DNA of 64,000 nt from Heteronotia binoei (lineage: Eukaryota). The notes beneath the pieces are model-generated. The model searched no databases, had not been told where the DNA came from, and worked only from the letters and a program-made list of their open reading frames with translations. A program made the translations under genes and the position numbers. The DNA lies in assembly GCF_032191835.1 (NCBI RefSeq), contig NC_083235.1:62620001-62684000 (forward strand), read 5' to 3'. Numbering within the stretch: the first letter of the stretch is position 1; each line of letters begins with the position of its first letter. Positions 12,812 through 25,329 of this stretch are shown piece after piece.

Positions 12812-15462
12812 TGAAGCCCTCCATACAACTGAGTACCTTTTTTAATAGCATGCAGCCTGTTTGGAAAGTGTTTATGGAAACCGAGGGTTACAGCAAGCAG
12901 TATTAACTTTCAGAAACAGGAAGAGGTAAATGGGTTCAGGAACTATCCTTAATTTCTGTAAGATGCTGTATTGTGGTTGACAGCGCTTTAGATATGTATC
13001 CTTGTCATCCCAAGTGGACCCTTTTAGCAACAAATTTGTTAGCTTGCTTGGAAGGAAATGCACATTCTCTTGTATACGATAAGATAAAACTTGGTCTTCT
13101 GCAGGCTTCAGCCTAAGAGAAGAGGCTGCTTATCAGGAACAGACTAGATGTGACCACATTCTCACGGTTGCCGTGAGGACAAGGCTGTTATTTTAAAAGT
13201 CATTTTAAAGTGTCGTGAGGGTCTGATCAAGACTAGGCCTGTAACACACTGCCTCTTGTCCCCGCCCCCCAGTGCCCATCAAGGGGGGAGGATGCAACTG
13301 TTATCACTTTATAAAGCATATACAGGGCAGCAAGAGTGCCTCAGCCCACCACGTTGCGAGCCTGATCAAAATCAGGCCCTCACAGCATTTTAAAATTATT
13401 TTTACATGGCAGCATCTTTGCGGCAGGCACCAGGATCCCATCACATCTAGTTTGGCCCTCGGTTGAAGAAAACAGTGGGGAGAAGGTTTGCTGCCAATAA
13501 TACAATGCTAGCTTTTGCGACCTCAGCAAAAAGCGACCTTTTTTATTGGATTCCTCAGCATCTCTCAGGCACTCGGCACTTTCTCCAGTTGACTTTGGAG
13601 ATAGTTATTTCTTTCTAAATGTTTTGTCCCCTGTGTATGCAAACATCTCTGTAATTTTTCAAGTAGAGGCATTTTGACCTTGGTCATCTGGCTGTGGGAT
13701 TTCTGCTTATAGGACTTTTGTTTATAAAAGCTCAGTCTGTACAAAGGCACCGAACCAGCTAGTCAGGGCCAACAGGTCTCCATTGACAGTGAATTTAAGA
13801 GAATAATAAGGAAGCTCTTAGAGCTAGTTCCAGGAACCTGGAACTCTTATTGTATGAGGAGGCACATAGAAGCAACAGCTATCAGAGAAAAGCTTTTGGT
13901 AGACCTTGGACAAAGAAGGTGCTTGTCAAACTGAACCAACCCAGAGCTTTCAGAACTGAATCTCATGTTGAAAATATTTTTTTAATTAGGGGGACACAGC
14001 TATTCTGCCTACTTGAATTGTATTAGCTTATTAGTTAGGAGCATGCCAAATGTCAGGTTCATTGGTGGCTGTGTTGAATTTCTTCTACTGTATTCTGAAA
14101 TCATTGCCATCAATTAAGGAATTGAATCCTTTATTTGGGAAAAGAAATCTTGATAGATTATCACACCGTATGCTGAAAAAGGAAATGAGCGCGAGCTACT
14201 TCTTGTTGACCCATAAGCGTTTTTTGTCCTCTCCCTAAGTTCCTGCAATTATCATAGCTAAAGAAAAGCCTCTGTATTGTGTTTCAAATCAGAGCCAGGT
14301 TCCTTTGAAAGAGCACTAATAGCATGTTAGAGCCTGCACATTTCCTGCCTGTATTCTAAAAAAATTTGGTCTGTAGCACCACTTGAAATATGAGAATTCT
14401 TGCCCAGCTTATTTTCTACTGCCCACTAATGGGCAATAACCATTTAGAGGGATACAAATGTTCCTTTGAGTGACTGTTTCCATAGCTCTTTTTGGAAAGG
14501 ACAAATGAGAATTAGGTAACTGGACCCAGCCATGTGGGTAGAAAGTTCCTATGCTTCTGACACCACGCTCATGCCTGCATTTGAAAGTTTTGAGCTTATA
14601 GGACAACTACAGTTTCTTGTGTGATACCTTAACCTCCCAGCTCAACACAACCTCAAAAGAAGTGTAATTTGAACATTTACAAGTGTTTAGGGTTAAGATG
14701 TCAGATCTTCCTGAAATTGTCATGTTTTTGACTTATTTGCTCCCCTGGCATTCAACCCACTCAACCCTCTTGCCCAAGCAGCTTACAATAAAATTATAAA
14801 GCAACAATAAATGTCCAGCTCCACCATTGTATTGAGATAAGGGAAAGTGCAGTTGGGCTGTGTATTACATTGGTATCGTGCTGATGGCATAAATGTGTAC
14901 ATTTGTGAATTTATATTGTTTCTTACACCACCAGTTTTCCTTTTCCTAAATGATTGAGAAGAAAAAAAAATCAGGCTGTTTACTGGGCTTTTGACCTGTG
15001 AACACAGTGGGACTTAATCCCAAATGAGTGTGCATTAGACTGTAGCCTGAAACAAATAACTGCATCCAATATCTTTTCTTGGTGTTCCGGGGAATAATGA
15101 GCCATTGTAATACAAGTTGTGTCACCTAGCTGATTTGTAAGGGGGCTGTGACATCTGTGTGGTAAATGACCACACAATTGTTGCTGTAACATAAAAGCAT
15201 CTGTGAATAAATTGATAACATCACTGAAACTACCCCAGGATTGCCTGCCAGTGTTCTCACAAAACTCTGTACTTGAAAGCCACCTAAAGTAGTAGTTGTG
15301 GAACTCCTTCCCCAGCTACCACAATGGCTGGGCTGCTGCCTAAGTTTTTTGATGGCAGAAAATAATTCCACCAGCGCTGGGGGTGGGGAGCTGTTCTTTT
15401 GCTTATTCCCCCCCACACACACCTTTTCAGTCTGCCTTGAAATTGTGCTGTCAGAGGGCCAT

Positions 15463-16044
15463 GAAACCAGTTTGGTGTAGTGGTTAAGTGTGCGGACTCT
15501 TATCTGGGAGAACCTGGTTTGATTCCCCACTCCTCCACTTGCACCTGCTAGCATGGCCTTGTGTCAGCCATAGCTCTGGCAGAGGTTATCCTTGAAAGGG
15601 CAGCTACTGTGAGAGCCCTCTCCAGCCCCACCCACCTCACAGGGTGTCTGTTGTGGGGGAGGGAGGTAAAGGAGATTGTGAGCCGCTCTGAGACTCTTCA
15701 GAGTGGAGGGCGGGATATAAATCCAATATCTTCATCTACCTTACAGGGTGTCTGTTGTGGGGGAGGAAGGTAAAGGAGATTGTGAGCCGCTCTGAGACTC
15801 TTCGGAGTGGAGGGCGGGATATAAATCCAATATCTTCATCTACCTCACAGGGTGTCTGTTGTGGGGGAGGAAGGTAAAGGAAATTGTGAGCCGCTCTGAG
15901 ACTCTTCGGAGTGGAGGGCGGGATATAAATCCAATATCTTCATCTACCTCACAGGGTGTCTGTGGTGAGGGAGGAAGGTAAAGGAGATTGTGAGCCGCTC
16001 TGAGACTCTTCGGAGTGGAGGGCGGGATATAAATCCAAATCCAA
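15463..16044 (+). mobile_element. tRNA-headed SINE (family A) with a fourfold 104-bp tail concatemer
   Basis: Tail units start at 15632, 15736, 15840 and 15944. Confidence 0.9.
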
Positions 16045-16261
16045 TGAAGCTTCAGGAACAGTGTGGGGTGAAAGGGGAGTCTGCGCTGTGTGGAGGAACC
16101 GAACATGGTGCACACACTCCCCACACTTCAATGGAAAAAGGTGAGAGTCAAGTCTGTTTCTTTATACATGGAGCATACTTCATTACAGCAAAGCTGATCC
16201 TCAATTTTTCCTGTTCAAATCATCAACAGCTGGGCCAAATGTAATAATAACAATAAGACTG

Positions 16262-16440
16262 CAGATTTATACCCTGCCCTTCTCTCTGAATCAGAGACTC
16301 AAGAGTGGCTTACAGTCTCCTATATCTTCTCCCCCCCCCCCACAACAGACACCCTGTGAGATGTGAGGACTCTCACAGCAGCTGCCCCCTCAAGGACAAC
16401 GCCTGCGAGAGCTGTGGCTAACCCAAAGCCATTCCATGGC
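16262..16440 (-). mobile_element. SINE family A-related 3' fragment, reverse orientation
   Basis: gatttataccctgccc...cacaacagacaccctgtgag is the reverse complement of the family tail. Confidence 0.7.
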
Positions 16441-16879
16441 GAATGGATTCATTAATTGAGAAAAGTCCCCCGATGAGGACATACAACAGGGTCATTCTAC
16501 TTCAATAATGTTTGTGCGTTTTTAAAGTTTGATAGAATGGAAGAGACCTGGGCAATTTTGGTGAAGATTTAGTCCGTTCTGTTCAAAATTCTATTATACA
16601 CTATGCTGTAAAATGATGATGATGGGATTTGTACTTAAGCTGTAATGGTCTCTACTTAACATTTTAAAACAAGGCAACTGTATTATACAGATTTAATTTT
16701 CTGCACAGACAGCTCAAACCTGACATTGGCAGGATCCACCCGACATGACTCCAAACAGAAGGGGTGTAGGCAACTTGTTACTTTGGCTGAATGCCTGGCA
16801 AGTGGTAGATGGGGAGAAGCAAAGGTCCACGTAGCAAAAGGGTGAGCATTATCCTCAACTAGCCCAGAGGACATCGGGT

Positions 16880-19262
16880 ATGATAATCAAGATGTACAGG
16901 GGTAGCTGAAGAAGGGAGGAAAACACCTGACCAATGTACCAAGAGGAGAAGGTGTGGATTCAGAGATTGCTGGAAGTTCTGGTGAGGATTTTTGCTCAAG
17001 CTAACTGGTCAGCAGCAACCCATGTGCTACGTTTGCTAAATTGGTGCTTAGGACTCAGGCAGGGAAAAGCCTGTCAGGGTGCTATGAAAGAAGTGAGATT
17101 CCTATGAGAAGAAAAAATGGGAGAAGCCTTAAGAAGCCAAGGTAGCTCCATAAAGAGCTTTCTAAAGACCTGATAAATAAAAAAGACTCATTTAGGAAAT
17201 GGAAGAAGGGCCTTATAACCAAGGATGACTATAAACCAATCACCAGTGCTTGTACTGAAAGAGTTTGGAAAGCTAAAGCTCAGTATGAACTTAGGCTAGC
17301 CAGAGATGTTAAAAACAAGAAAAGTTATTTTCTTATGTTCAAAGTAAGGAGAAGCAAGGACATGGTAGGCCTGTTGCGAGGACTGGAACGTGAAATTGTA
17401 ACAGGTGATGAGAGGGTCAAACTGCTCAATTCCTATTTTTCCTCAGTCTTCTCTTCTGAGGGAAACAGTACTCAACATGGCAAAAACAACATATAATGAG
17501 GGTATGGAGTTCCAACCTAGGATCAGCATAGGGGTAGCACATAAGCACCTAGTTTCTTTAAATGAAACAAAGTCCTCAGGGCCAAATTAACTGCATCTAA
17601 GGGTACTAAAAGAGCTTGTGGATGTAATTTCCAAGCCTGTGACCATTATTTTTTAGAATTTTTGGAGAACAGGTGAGGTGCCGGAAGACTGGAGGCAGGC
17701 AAATGTCCCCCATCTTCGAGAAGGGGGAAAAGGAGGATCCAGGTAACTACCAATCCGTCAGTTTGACATCTATATCTGGAAAAGTTTTAGAACAAATCAG
17801 TCAGCCAGTCCTGGCACATTTAGAAAGGATGGTTGTGATTACTAAGAGCCAGCATGGGTTTCTCAAGAACAAGTCTTGTCAGACTTATCTCTCTCTTTTT
17901 TTTTAGAAAGTTACTACCTTGCTGGATCAGGGGAATGCTGTAGACATAGACCAGTTTCGCACTAGAGTTTTAATCCTGGTTTAGCCCTGTCCCCAAACTG
18001 ACATTCTACACTAGAATTGGAGAATCAGAGAAACCAACTCTGTGATTCTATGGTTCTATTATTTTAGTGTAGAATGTTAGCTTGAGGACAGAGCTAAACC
18101 AGGATTAAAGGTCTAATGTGAAATTGGTCATAGTTTATCTTGATTTCAGTAAGGCTTTTGATAAGGTTCCACATACATCCTTATTGACAAGTTGGTAAAA
18201 TGTGGTTTGGATCCTGTTACCATTAGGTGGATCTATAACTGGTTGGCAGATTGCATCAAAAGAGTGTGAATGGTTCCTCATCCTCTTGGAGAAGAGTGAC
18301 AAGTGGAGTGCCTCAAGGATCTGTCCTGGGACTTGTTTTGTTCAACATCTTTATAAATGATTTGGATGAAGGAATAGAGGGAATGCTTATTAAATTTGTA
18401 GATGATACTAAATTGGGAGGGGTAGCAAATACAGTAGAAGACAGAACCAGGATACAGGATGATCTTGACAGGCTGGAAAACTGGACTGAAACTAATAAAA
18501 TGAATTTTAACAGGAATAAATATAAAGTTCTGCATTTAGGTAGGAAAAATCCAATACATGGGATGGGATGGGAGAGAGATGTCTTGGCAGTAGTATGTGC
18601 AAAAAGGATCTAGGTGTCTTAGTGGACCATACGCTGAACATGAGTCAACAACGTGATGCGGTGGCTAAAAGGCAAATGCAATTTTGGGCTGTATTAACAA
18701 AAGTATAGCGTCCAGATCACATGAGGTGATGGTATCATTTCACTCTGGTAAGACCTCACCTGGAGTATTGTGTTCAGTTTTGGACACCGCATTTTAAGGA
18801 TGTAGACAAGCTGGAAGGGATCCAGAGTAGGGTGACAAAAATGGTGAGTCTGGAGACCAAGTCCTATGAAGAAAAGTTGAAGGGCATGTTTAGTCTGGAG
18901 ACGAAGCAGCTGAGAGGTGAGGAATGCTTGAAGGGCTGTCATGTTGAGGATGGTGTGGAATTGTTTTCTGTGGCCCCAGAAGGTAGGACCAGAACCAACG
19001 GGTTGAAATTGAATCAGAAGTGTTTCTGGCTTAACATTAGGAAGAACTTCCTGACAGAGCAATTCCTCAGTGGAACAGGCTTCCTCGGGAGATGGTGGGC
19101 TCTCCTTCCTTGGAGGTTTTTAAACAGGTGTTAGATGGCCATCTGACAGCAATGCAGATCCTGTGAATTTAGGGGAAAGTATTTGTGAATTTCCTGTATT
19201 GTGCAGGGGGCTGGACTAGATGACCCTGAGAGTCCCTTCCAACTCTATTATTCTATGATTCT
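16880..19262 (+). mobile_element. CR1 LINE, 5'-truncated and degenerate
   Basis: RT motifs [28 protein letters not shown]; (ATTCTATG)n CR1 terminus at 19245-19262; 5' boundary approximate. Confidence 0.92.
17949..18129. mobile_element. Palindromic MITE inserted in the CR1
   Basis: TIRs gaccagtttc / gaaattggtc with long inner inverted arms; interrupts CR1 gtagacata|gtttatc; TSD ATA (or CATAG if the ends are shifted). Confidence 0.8.
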
Positions 19263-19438
19263 AGGTGACTGGTCAGTAAAATGAGTACCCAGCTTGCTGG
19301 GGGGAAAGTGTAGATGACTGGGGAAGGCAATGGCAAACCACCACGTAAAACGTCTGCCGTGAAAACGTTGTGAAAGCAACGTCACCCCAGAGTTGAAAAC
19401 AACTGGTGCTTGCACAGGGGACTACCTTTGCCTTTTTA
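19263..19438 (+). mobile_element. Sauria-SINE-like 3' half
   Basis: gtaaaatgagtacccagcttgctgggggg...ggggaaggcaatggcaaaccac...ggggactacctttgccttt tail. Confidence 0.75.
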
Positions 19439-19559
19439 CAGACTAAGGCCTAATCTATTGTCTTCCTGTACAAAACCAATTATAAATAGGATTTTTAAAA
19501 ATTATCCTGCTCTTTTTGTATTAGAAGAACTCAAAGTAACCCAGGATCAAAATTAATTA

Positions 19560-19995
19560 TCGTATTTTTGGACCATAAGACGCACTCCCCCCCAAAAAAA
19601 AAAGTGGGGGGGAAAGTGTGTGCGTCTTTTGGAGCGAAGGTACCTTCCTCCGGGGGGGGGCGATCCGTTGCCTCCGCCTCCGATCCTGGCGCGTCCCCCG
19701 CGCCTGCCTGCCTGGCTCCAGCCCTCCGATCCCAGCGCTTGCTTTAAGCATCAGAGCTGGAGCCAGGCAGACAGGCACGGAGAAAGCACGCCGCCCCCTC
19801 CACAGCCGGCGCTCGCAAAGCGCTGGGTTTGCAGTGGGGGCAGCGTGGAGCGATCCCAGCGCTTGCTGGAAGAAGCTGGAGCCAGGCAGGCAGGCGCGGG
19901 GGAAGCGCCGGGATCGGAGGCGGAGGCAGCGGATCACCCCCCAGGAGGAAGGTGCGTCCTATGGTCCGGAGCGCCTTATGGTCCGAAAAATACGG
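19560..19995. mobile_element. Tc1/mariner (Tigger/pogo-like) MITE, GC-rich
   Basis: TIRs (t)cgtatttttggaccataagacgcac / ccttatggtccgaaaaatacgg; TA on both flanks. Confidence 0.85.
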
Positions 19996-20814
19996 TATTT
20001 AAGAAATCTGTACAACAAATCCAGCAATAAAACCATACATAATTGTAATAAGTGGCTACTTTGCGACTTAAAAGCATTGGCAAAAAGGTTCAGTTGGCAC
20101 CAAAAGGATGTTAATGTTCATACCAAATCTGCATGAGTAAGGAGGGAAGTTCTGCTATTGGGCCACCACTACAGATATGTCCTTCCATAACTTCTAAAGA
20201 TTGCAGTACCTAGAGATGTGCCCCTGGCATAGATATCAACAGGCAAGTTCATATGGGAGTTAACTATCCTAAAGATAAGCAGGTTCCAGCCACGTAGGGT
20301 CATTCAGATCAATTCCAGCCCTTTGAATGATGCTCTAAAGCAAACCGGAAGCTAGCAAGGGAGTTTTGTTTTTTTCATCATTGGATTGTGAAAGAAGCGC
20401 TGGATGATTAGGTGATTATTAGATGGTGACTCGTCTCAAGATGACGGGGCAACAGCGATCCCATATGTAAGGTTTTCACAATCTATCAGATGGCAATATA
20501 TAATGTTTATGTAAGGACATCCTGACATAAGGAAAATAAATTATTACTAGGACTCTATTGAACAAAGGCTTGTGCTCCAATAAAAGCTTGTTGTCATACA
20601 TACACACACGTCTGCAGTAGACAGCTACCCTGTGGAAGTGTAATATGCTATTTCAGTATAATATCACCTGGTAGTCCTGAGTTTTACACATGAATCAGCC
20701 AGTACTAGTTAAGAGTGTCAGACTAGTATCTGAGAGATTCAAATCCTCACTTGTGCCATGGAGGTCTGCTAGGTGACCTTGGGCCAGTCATGTTCTCTTA
20801 GGCTTCACAACCCT

Positions 20815-21495
20815 CCTGCCCTGGCGGGGGACCCCAGGATTTCCAGCCTCTTCCCCTGCTCCCCAAATAAACGGAAGCGGGGGGAGGGGGGAAACGGCGC
20901 CAAGGAGCGTGGCGAGCCGCCCCATCTCGGAGCGCGCGACGCCGCTGCGTTGCTGCCGCCTCTTCTCTGCTTCACCATGGCTGCTCCTCCAAGATGGGCT
21001 CAGGCTGGGCCTATCTTGGAGGAGCAGCTGGGATGGGGCGGGGAGGGGGTGGCAGCGGCATCGCCCGCTCCGCCTTTGAGGTGGAGTCGGGGGGGGGGGC
21101 AGGCCAGGAGCGTGGCGGGCCCCGAGTCTGGGTCCTTCTAGGACCCGGGCTCGCGGCTCGCCGTGCTCCTGGCCTGCCTCCACCCTCCCCTCCCCTTCTC
21201 TGGTTTCGCCTTGGCTGCTCCGTGGCTGCTCCTCCGAGATGGGCTCAGGCTGGGCCCATCTTGGAGGAGCGGCTGCGGTGGGGCGGGGAAGAGGCAGCAG
21301 CAGCGCGGTGGTGTCACCCGCTCCGCCTCTGGGGTGGAATTGGAGAAGGGGAGGGTGGAGGGAAGGAGTTCAATTGTGTTTGTCACACCCTTGCTCCTAG
21401 CTCCACCCCAGTGTCTCCTGGCTCCACCCCCAAAGTCTCCTGGCTCCACCCCCAAAGTCCCCAGATATTTCTGGAATTGAACTTGGCAATCCTAT
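20815..21495. mobile_element. GC-rich non-autonomous element with ...ttggcaaccct-type end (probably hAT-derived); relatives at 22430-22612, 22720-22850, 23545-23660, 23757-24254 and 25100-25290
   Basis: Shared terminal block tggctccacccccaaagtc...gaattgaacttggcaa(t/c)cct. Confidence 0.65.
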
Positions 21496-23344
21496 GTTCT
21501 CTCAACCTAATGGACCTCACAGACCTGTTACGAGGACAAAATGGTGGAGAGGAGAACAATGTAAAGCACTTTGGGTCCCCACTGAGAAGAAAGGGGGACA
21601 CAAATCAATAATATTTTAAAAATCTGTCCCTGGCACACTATCTCTAGGTTTGAGTCTTTTGTGGCATCCCTTGGCACAGCACTAGCTGAAGCAATCTTTC
21701 TGACCTCTCTCTCCCTTCCTGTTGGAGATTTCTGCCTGTGCTATCTAAGTTTGTGTTTCAGGTGGTGATGGGCTCCTGGGGATAGCATGAGAGATGAAGC
21801 AGGAGGGGAAAATCAATGAGAACTTGCTCTCCCCTTTTCTGCTGGCAGAAGTACTTTCTGCTGGAGGAAAACATTGCATAAGGATCCATACTGCAAATGA
21901 CCTATAACAACTTACTAGTGCAACACCCCACAGTGAGACCAACCCTGGCCTTGGATGAGATAGTGTTTCAGCATGTAAAGGTATGAGAAATAGAATAATA
22001 AACCATCATCCCTAAGGTTGGAAGCAAATCTCAAAATGAATGTAGGTGCGGGTGTGTCTAGCATTTGCCAGCAGGTAGCTGAGCTTGTTTCATTGACACA
22101 GAAAGCATTTACTCATTCTTAATCATCCGTCATCTTTTTCTTGGGACATAACTCGTTGCTCTGATGAAAGCTCTGACTGCAAAATAGGTCTTGGGAATTC
22201 AGCAGTAAATGATGACTTGGATGCCTTGAGGATTTAGCAAATATTTAAAACATCACAACCCTACCAGGAAAAAGGCCCATTGTGAAGAAAAATACAATGG
22301 GCTCTAGAAAGAGACTCTGGGCAAGTGCCCCCCCCCACCTTGCTGTCTTCCCACTCACCCATTCACTCTCCCCGACTCAAGATGAGCTGATTTCTAACAT
22401 CTGGAGAGCTACTGTAATTCTGAGTGATCTCCAGCCCTCACCTGGAGATTGGCAACAGTTGTTCCACAGGAGGAAATGGCTGATTTGGAGGGCGGAGTCT
22501 ATGGCATTGTGTCTGTCTGAGGTCCCACCCTTCCACAAACTGTACCCTCTTCAGGCTCCACCCCTCAAATCTCCAGGAATTTCCCAACCTGGAGTTGGCA
22601 ACTGCTGACACACTGGCTGCCATTGGGGGAGGGGGCTGCTACTGAACAGGAGCGAGTAGTCAGGCCTAGTTAAGTCATGTCAGTCAGGTGGCATCAAGTC
22701 ACCCAAAGGTGCTGCCAGGTCTAGAGTAGGCAACCTCCAGGTGGAGCCTGAAGATCTGGAATCACAACTGAACTCCGGACAAAAGATCTCTCTCCCCCGT
22801 GAAAACAACTGCTTTGGCAGGTGGACTGGCATTATATTCAGCTGAGGGCAACATTGGTCACTTAGCAACAGCCTCTGGCTAGCAGCTTCCCCAGTGGGGA
22901 GGAGGAAGGGAGGGAATTACAGGAAAGAGGCAGCCATCATGGCCTTTAAGGAAATTCTTCATGAGGCTACAGCAGAGCGGCAGCCCTTTCTGAGGTGGGT
23001 TGATGGAAGGGACACAGAGAAGCATGTGATATGTGTCTGTCTCTGAGGTAAGACTGTTTTGGTGATTTGTTCAGTGTTGCCGGGCCTGCAGTAGGCAGGG
23101 TTATATACATATTTCCAACTGCAGTTCAAAGGATAAAGGTTGCTGGGAAAGGTTGCCAGCCCTCCCCGCCTTGGCCACTTGTGGGGGAAGTGGGGCTGGG
23201 CAGAAGGGAAAACAAGGTGTAGTTGAGACGGCAGCTGTAGGAAGTTACTTTTTTTTGCGCTACTCTCTCTGGGTTGAGCAGCAGATGGGATACGGTTGCC
23301 AACTAGAGTGGAAAAAACCCTTCAATAGAGTCTTGCTGTGTGGA

Positions 23345-23545
23345 ACTAGCAGCAGAAGGCTTTCATGATATGGAGGTAAAGATCGTCGGGTAAATAATCG
23401 TCTATTAAACTGCAATTAAAGGGATAGAACATTTGTCTCCAGGCCTTGTGTCTTCCTAGATAAGATTGCCTGTGGGTTAGGAGTTCCTGGATGTTGGAGG
23501 CTATAGCTTGGGCAGGGTGGAGTTTGAGAAGAGGAAGGCCCTCTG
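23345..23545 (-). mobile_element. Degenerate non-LTR retrotransposon 3' fragment
   Basis: Similar in character to the LINE C-terminus at 57620-58090; weak. Confidence 0.35.
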
Positions 23546-25329
23546 TGATAATTCCATACAGCCTACCCACCAGAGCAGCCGTTTTCTTCAGTGGAACTGA
23601 TCTCTTGTAGTCTGGAGATCAGTTGTAATTCCAACAGATCTCTAGGCTCTGGCTGGCAACTTGATATTTTAGCTTAGGTTAACAACCAAAGATTGAATCT
23701 TGGACCTCTTTCATCCAAAGTCTACTACTGTTCCACTGAGCTATGTATATCCACACAGGGTAGGCTTCCCAATCCCCAGGTCCCAGAGGGGGATCCCCCA
23801 GTTTTACAGGCTTCCCCCCTCCCCCAGCCAGCTGGCCGGCGGGGGAAGCCCCGCCCCCAGAGCCATCATCCACCTCCATGAACGATTCCCATTAGGAATG
23901 ATGAGGAATTGATCTGTGGATATGGGGGCTCTGGGGGGCCTGTTTTTTGAGATAGAGACACCAAATTTCAGTATAGCATCTAGTGCCTCTCCCCAAAATA
24001 CCTCCCAAGTTTCAAAAAGATTGGACCAGGGGGTCCAATTCTATGAGCCCCAAAAGAAGGTGCCCCTATCCTTCATTATTTCCTTTGGAAGGAAGGCATT
24101 TAAAAAGATGTGCAGTCCCTTTAAATGTGATGGCCAGAACTCCCTTGAAGTTCAATTATGCTTGTCGCACCCTTGCTCTTGGCTCCACCCCCAAAGTCTC
24201 CTGGCTCCACCCCCAAAGTCCCCAGATATTTCTTGAATTGGACTTGGCAACCCTCTCACAATTATATGTCCAATATAACATTGTGCACATATTGTTACTG
24301 TGGTCAATGTGAAACCATTAGTCTCATAACAGGCCACAAATCCTCCTTCTTAGAGTCCTGGGGCCTCTACATACAGGTTTTGTCTTAATTGCTGACTGGC
24401 TGGCTGTTCAGCTCCGTGTGGCCCTGACAAAACTGTGTGACAATTGACAAATTGTTGAGAGAAGACAAAAAACCCTTTCTTTTAGGAGGAACTGCTGGCA
24501 TTAAGTTGCTGCTTTCTTTGCCTCTAAACTATGGTAATAGCTATGTTGAAGGAGGTGGGATGAGCTCTTGTGAATTTAAAGTGCAACATTGGTTCTTGGT
24601 GCTGATAAGCACCTTTCATAGATAAATGGCTGACATGGAGGTGGTGATGAGATTAATGAGAAGTAACAGTTGCAGCATATATTCCCTTGAACCTAGATGG
24701 GTCTCTGGCTACTCGTTCAAATAAACTGCCTAACTGGTTTCTAGGTAGAAGACTACTGGGCAACATTTTACTGCTTTGTAACTTGCTTCTGTTACTCTTG
24801 CTAATTTGTTCCCTGCAGCAGAGCAAAGTAGAGTTGCCAGCTCAGGAAGTTGTGCTGTATGTAAACTATTGAGAAATGTATGTGCCATGACTTCATTCAG
24901 TTTTGTCCTGGGGCAGCATTCCTCCCCACCCCTGACCATCACACGTTTATAGGCAGTGGCCCCACATAGAACACACAAACTTAAATTATTCCAAGAGAAT
25001 ATCTTGTCATTAGACTTCTGATGGTTGAAAACCTGTATTAATCGAGGCTCTACGTTAACTGCCATCTATATTCAGATGGCACCTGGAGATTTCCTGTGCT
25101 GTTACAACTGATCTCCAGACAACAGAGATGTTTCTCTTAGTGAAGCCAGCCTCCAGGTGGGACCTAGGGATCCTCTGGAATTACAGCTCATCTCCAAACT
25201 ACATTCCCCGGGATAAAATGGATTATTTGGAGAGTGGCGTCTATGGCATTCTACCTCACTCAGGTTCCTGTCCTTCCCAGGCTCCATTCCCAAAACTTCA
25301 GGAGCCCTCTACTCTGACTTTAGGATGGG

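Noticed and set aside
15632-16044. CRISPR-like or satellite array
   Set aside because: Head-to-tail 104-bp units with no spacers, derived from the SINE tail, in eukaryotic DNA
20109-20600. Possible solo LTR (TG...CA, TATA-like and AATAAA motifs)
   Set aside because: No TSD and no second copy in the window; termini are arbitrary
19557-21611. Cluster of 100-205-aa ORFs on both strands
   Set aside because: Expected stop-codon scarcity in GC-rich MITE sequence; no domain motifs
22939-22994. Strong-Kozak ATG with a nearby GT donor, suggesting a first exon of an unknown gene
   Set aside because: Only 18 codons, no downstream compatible exons or CpG-island promoter found
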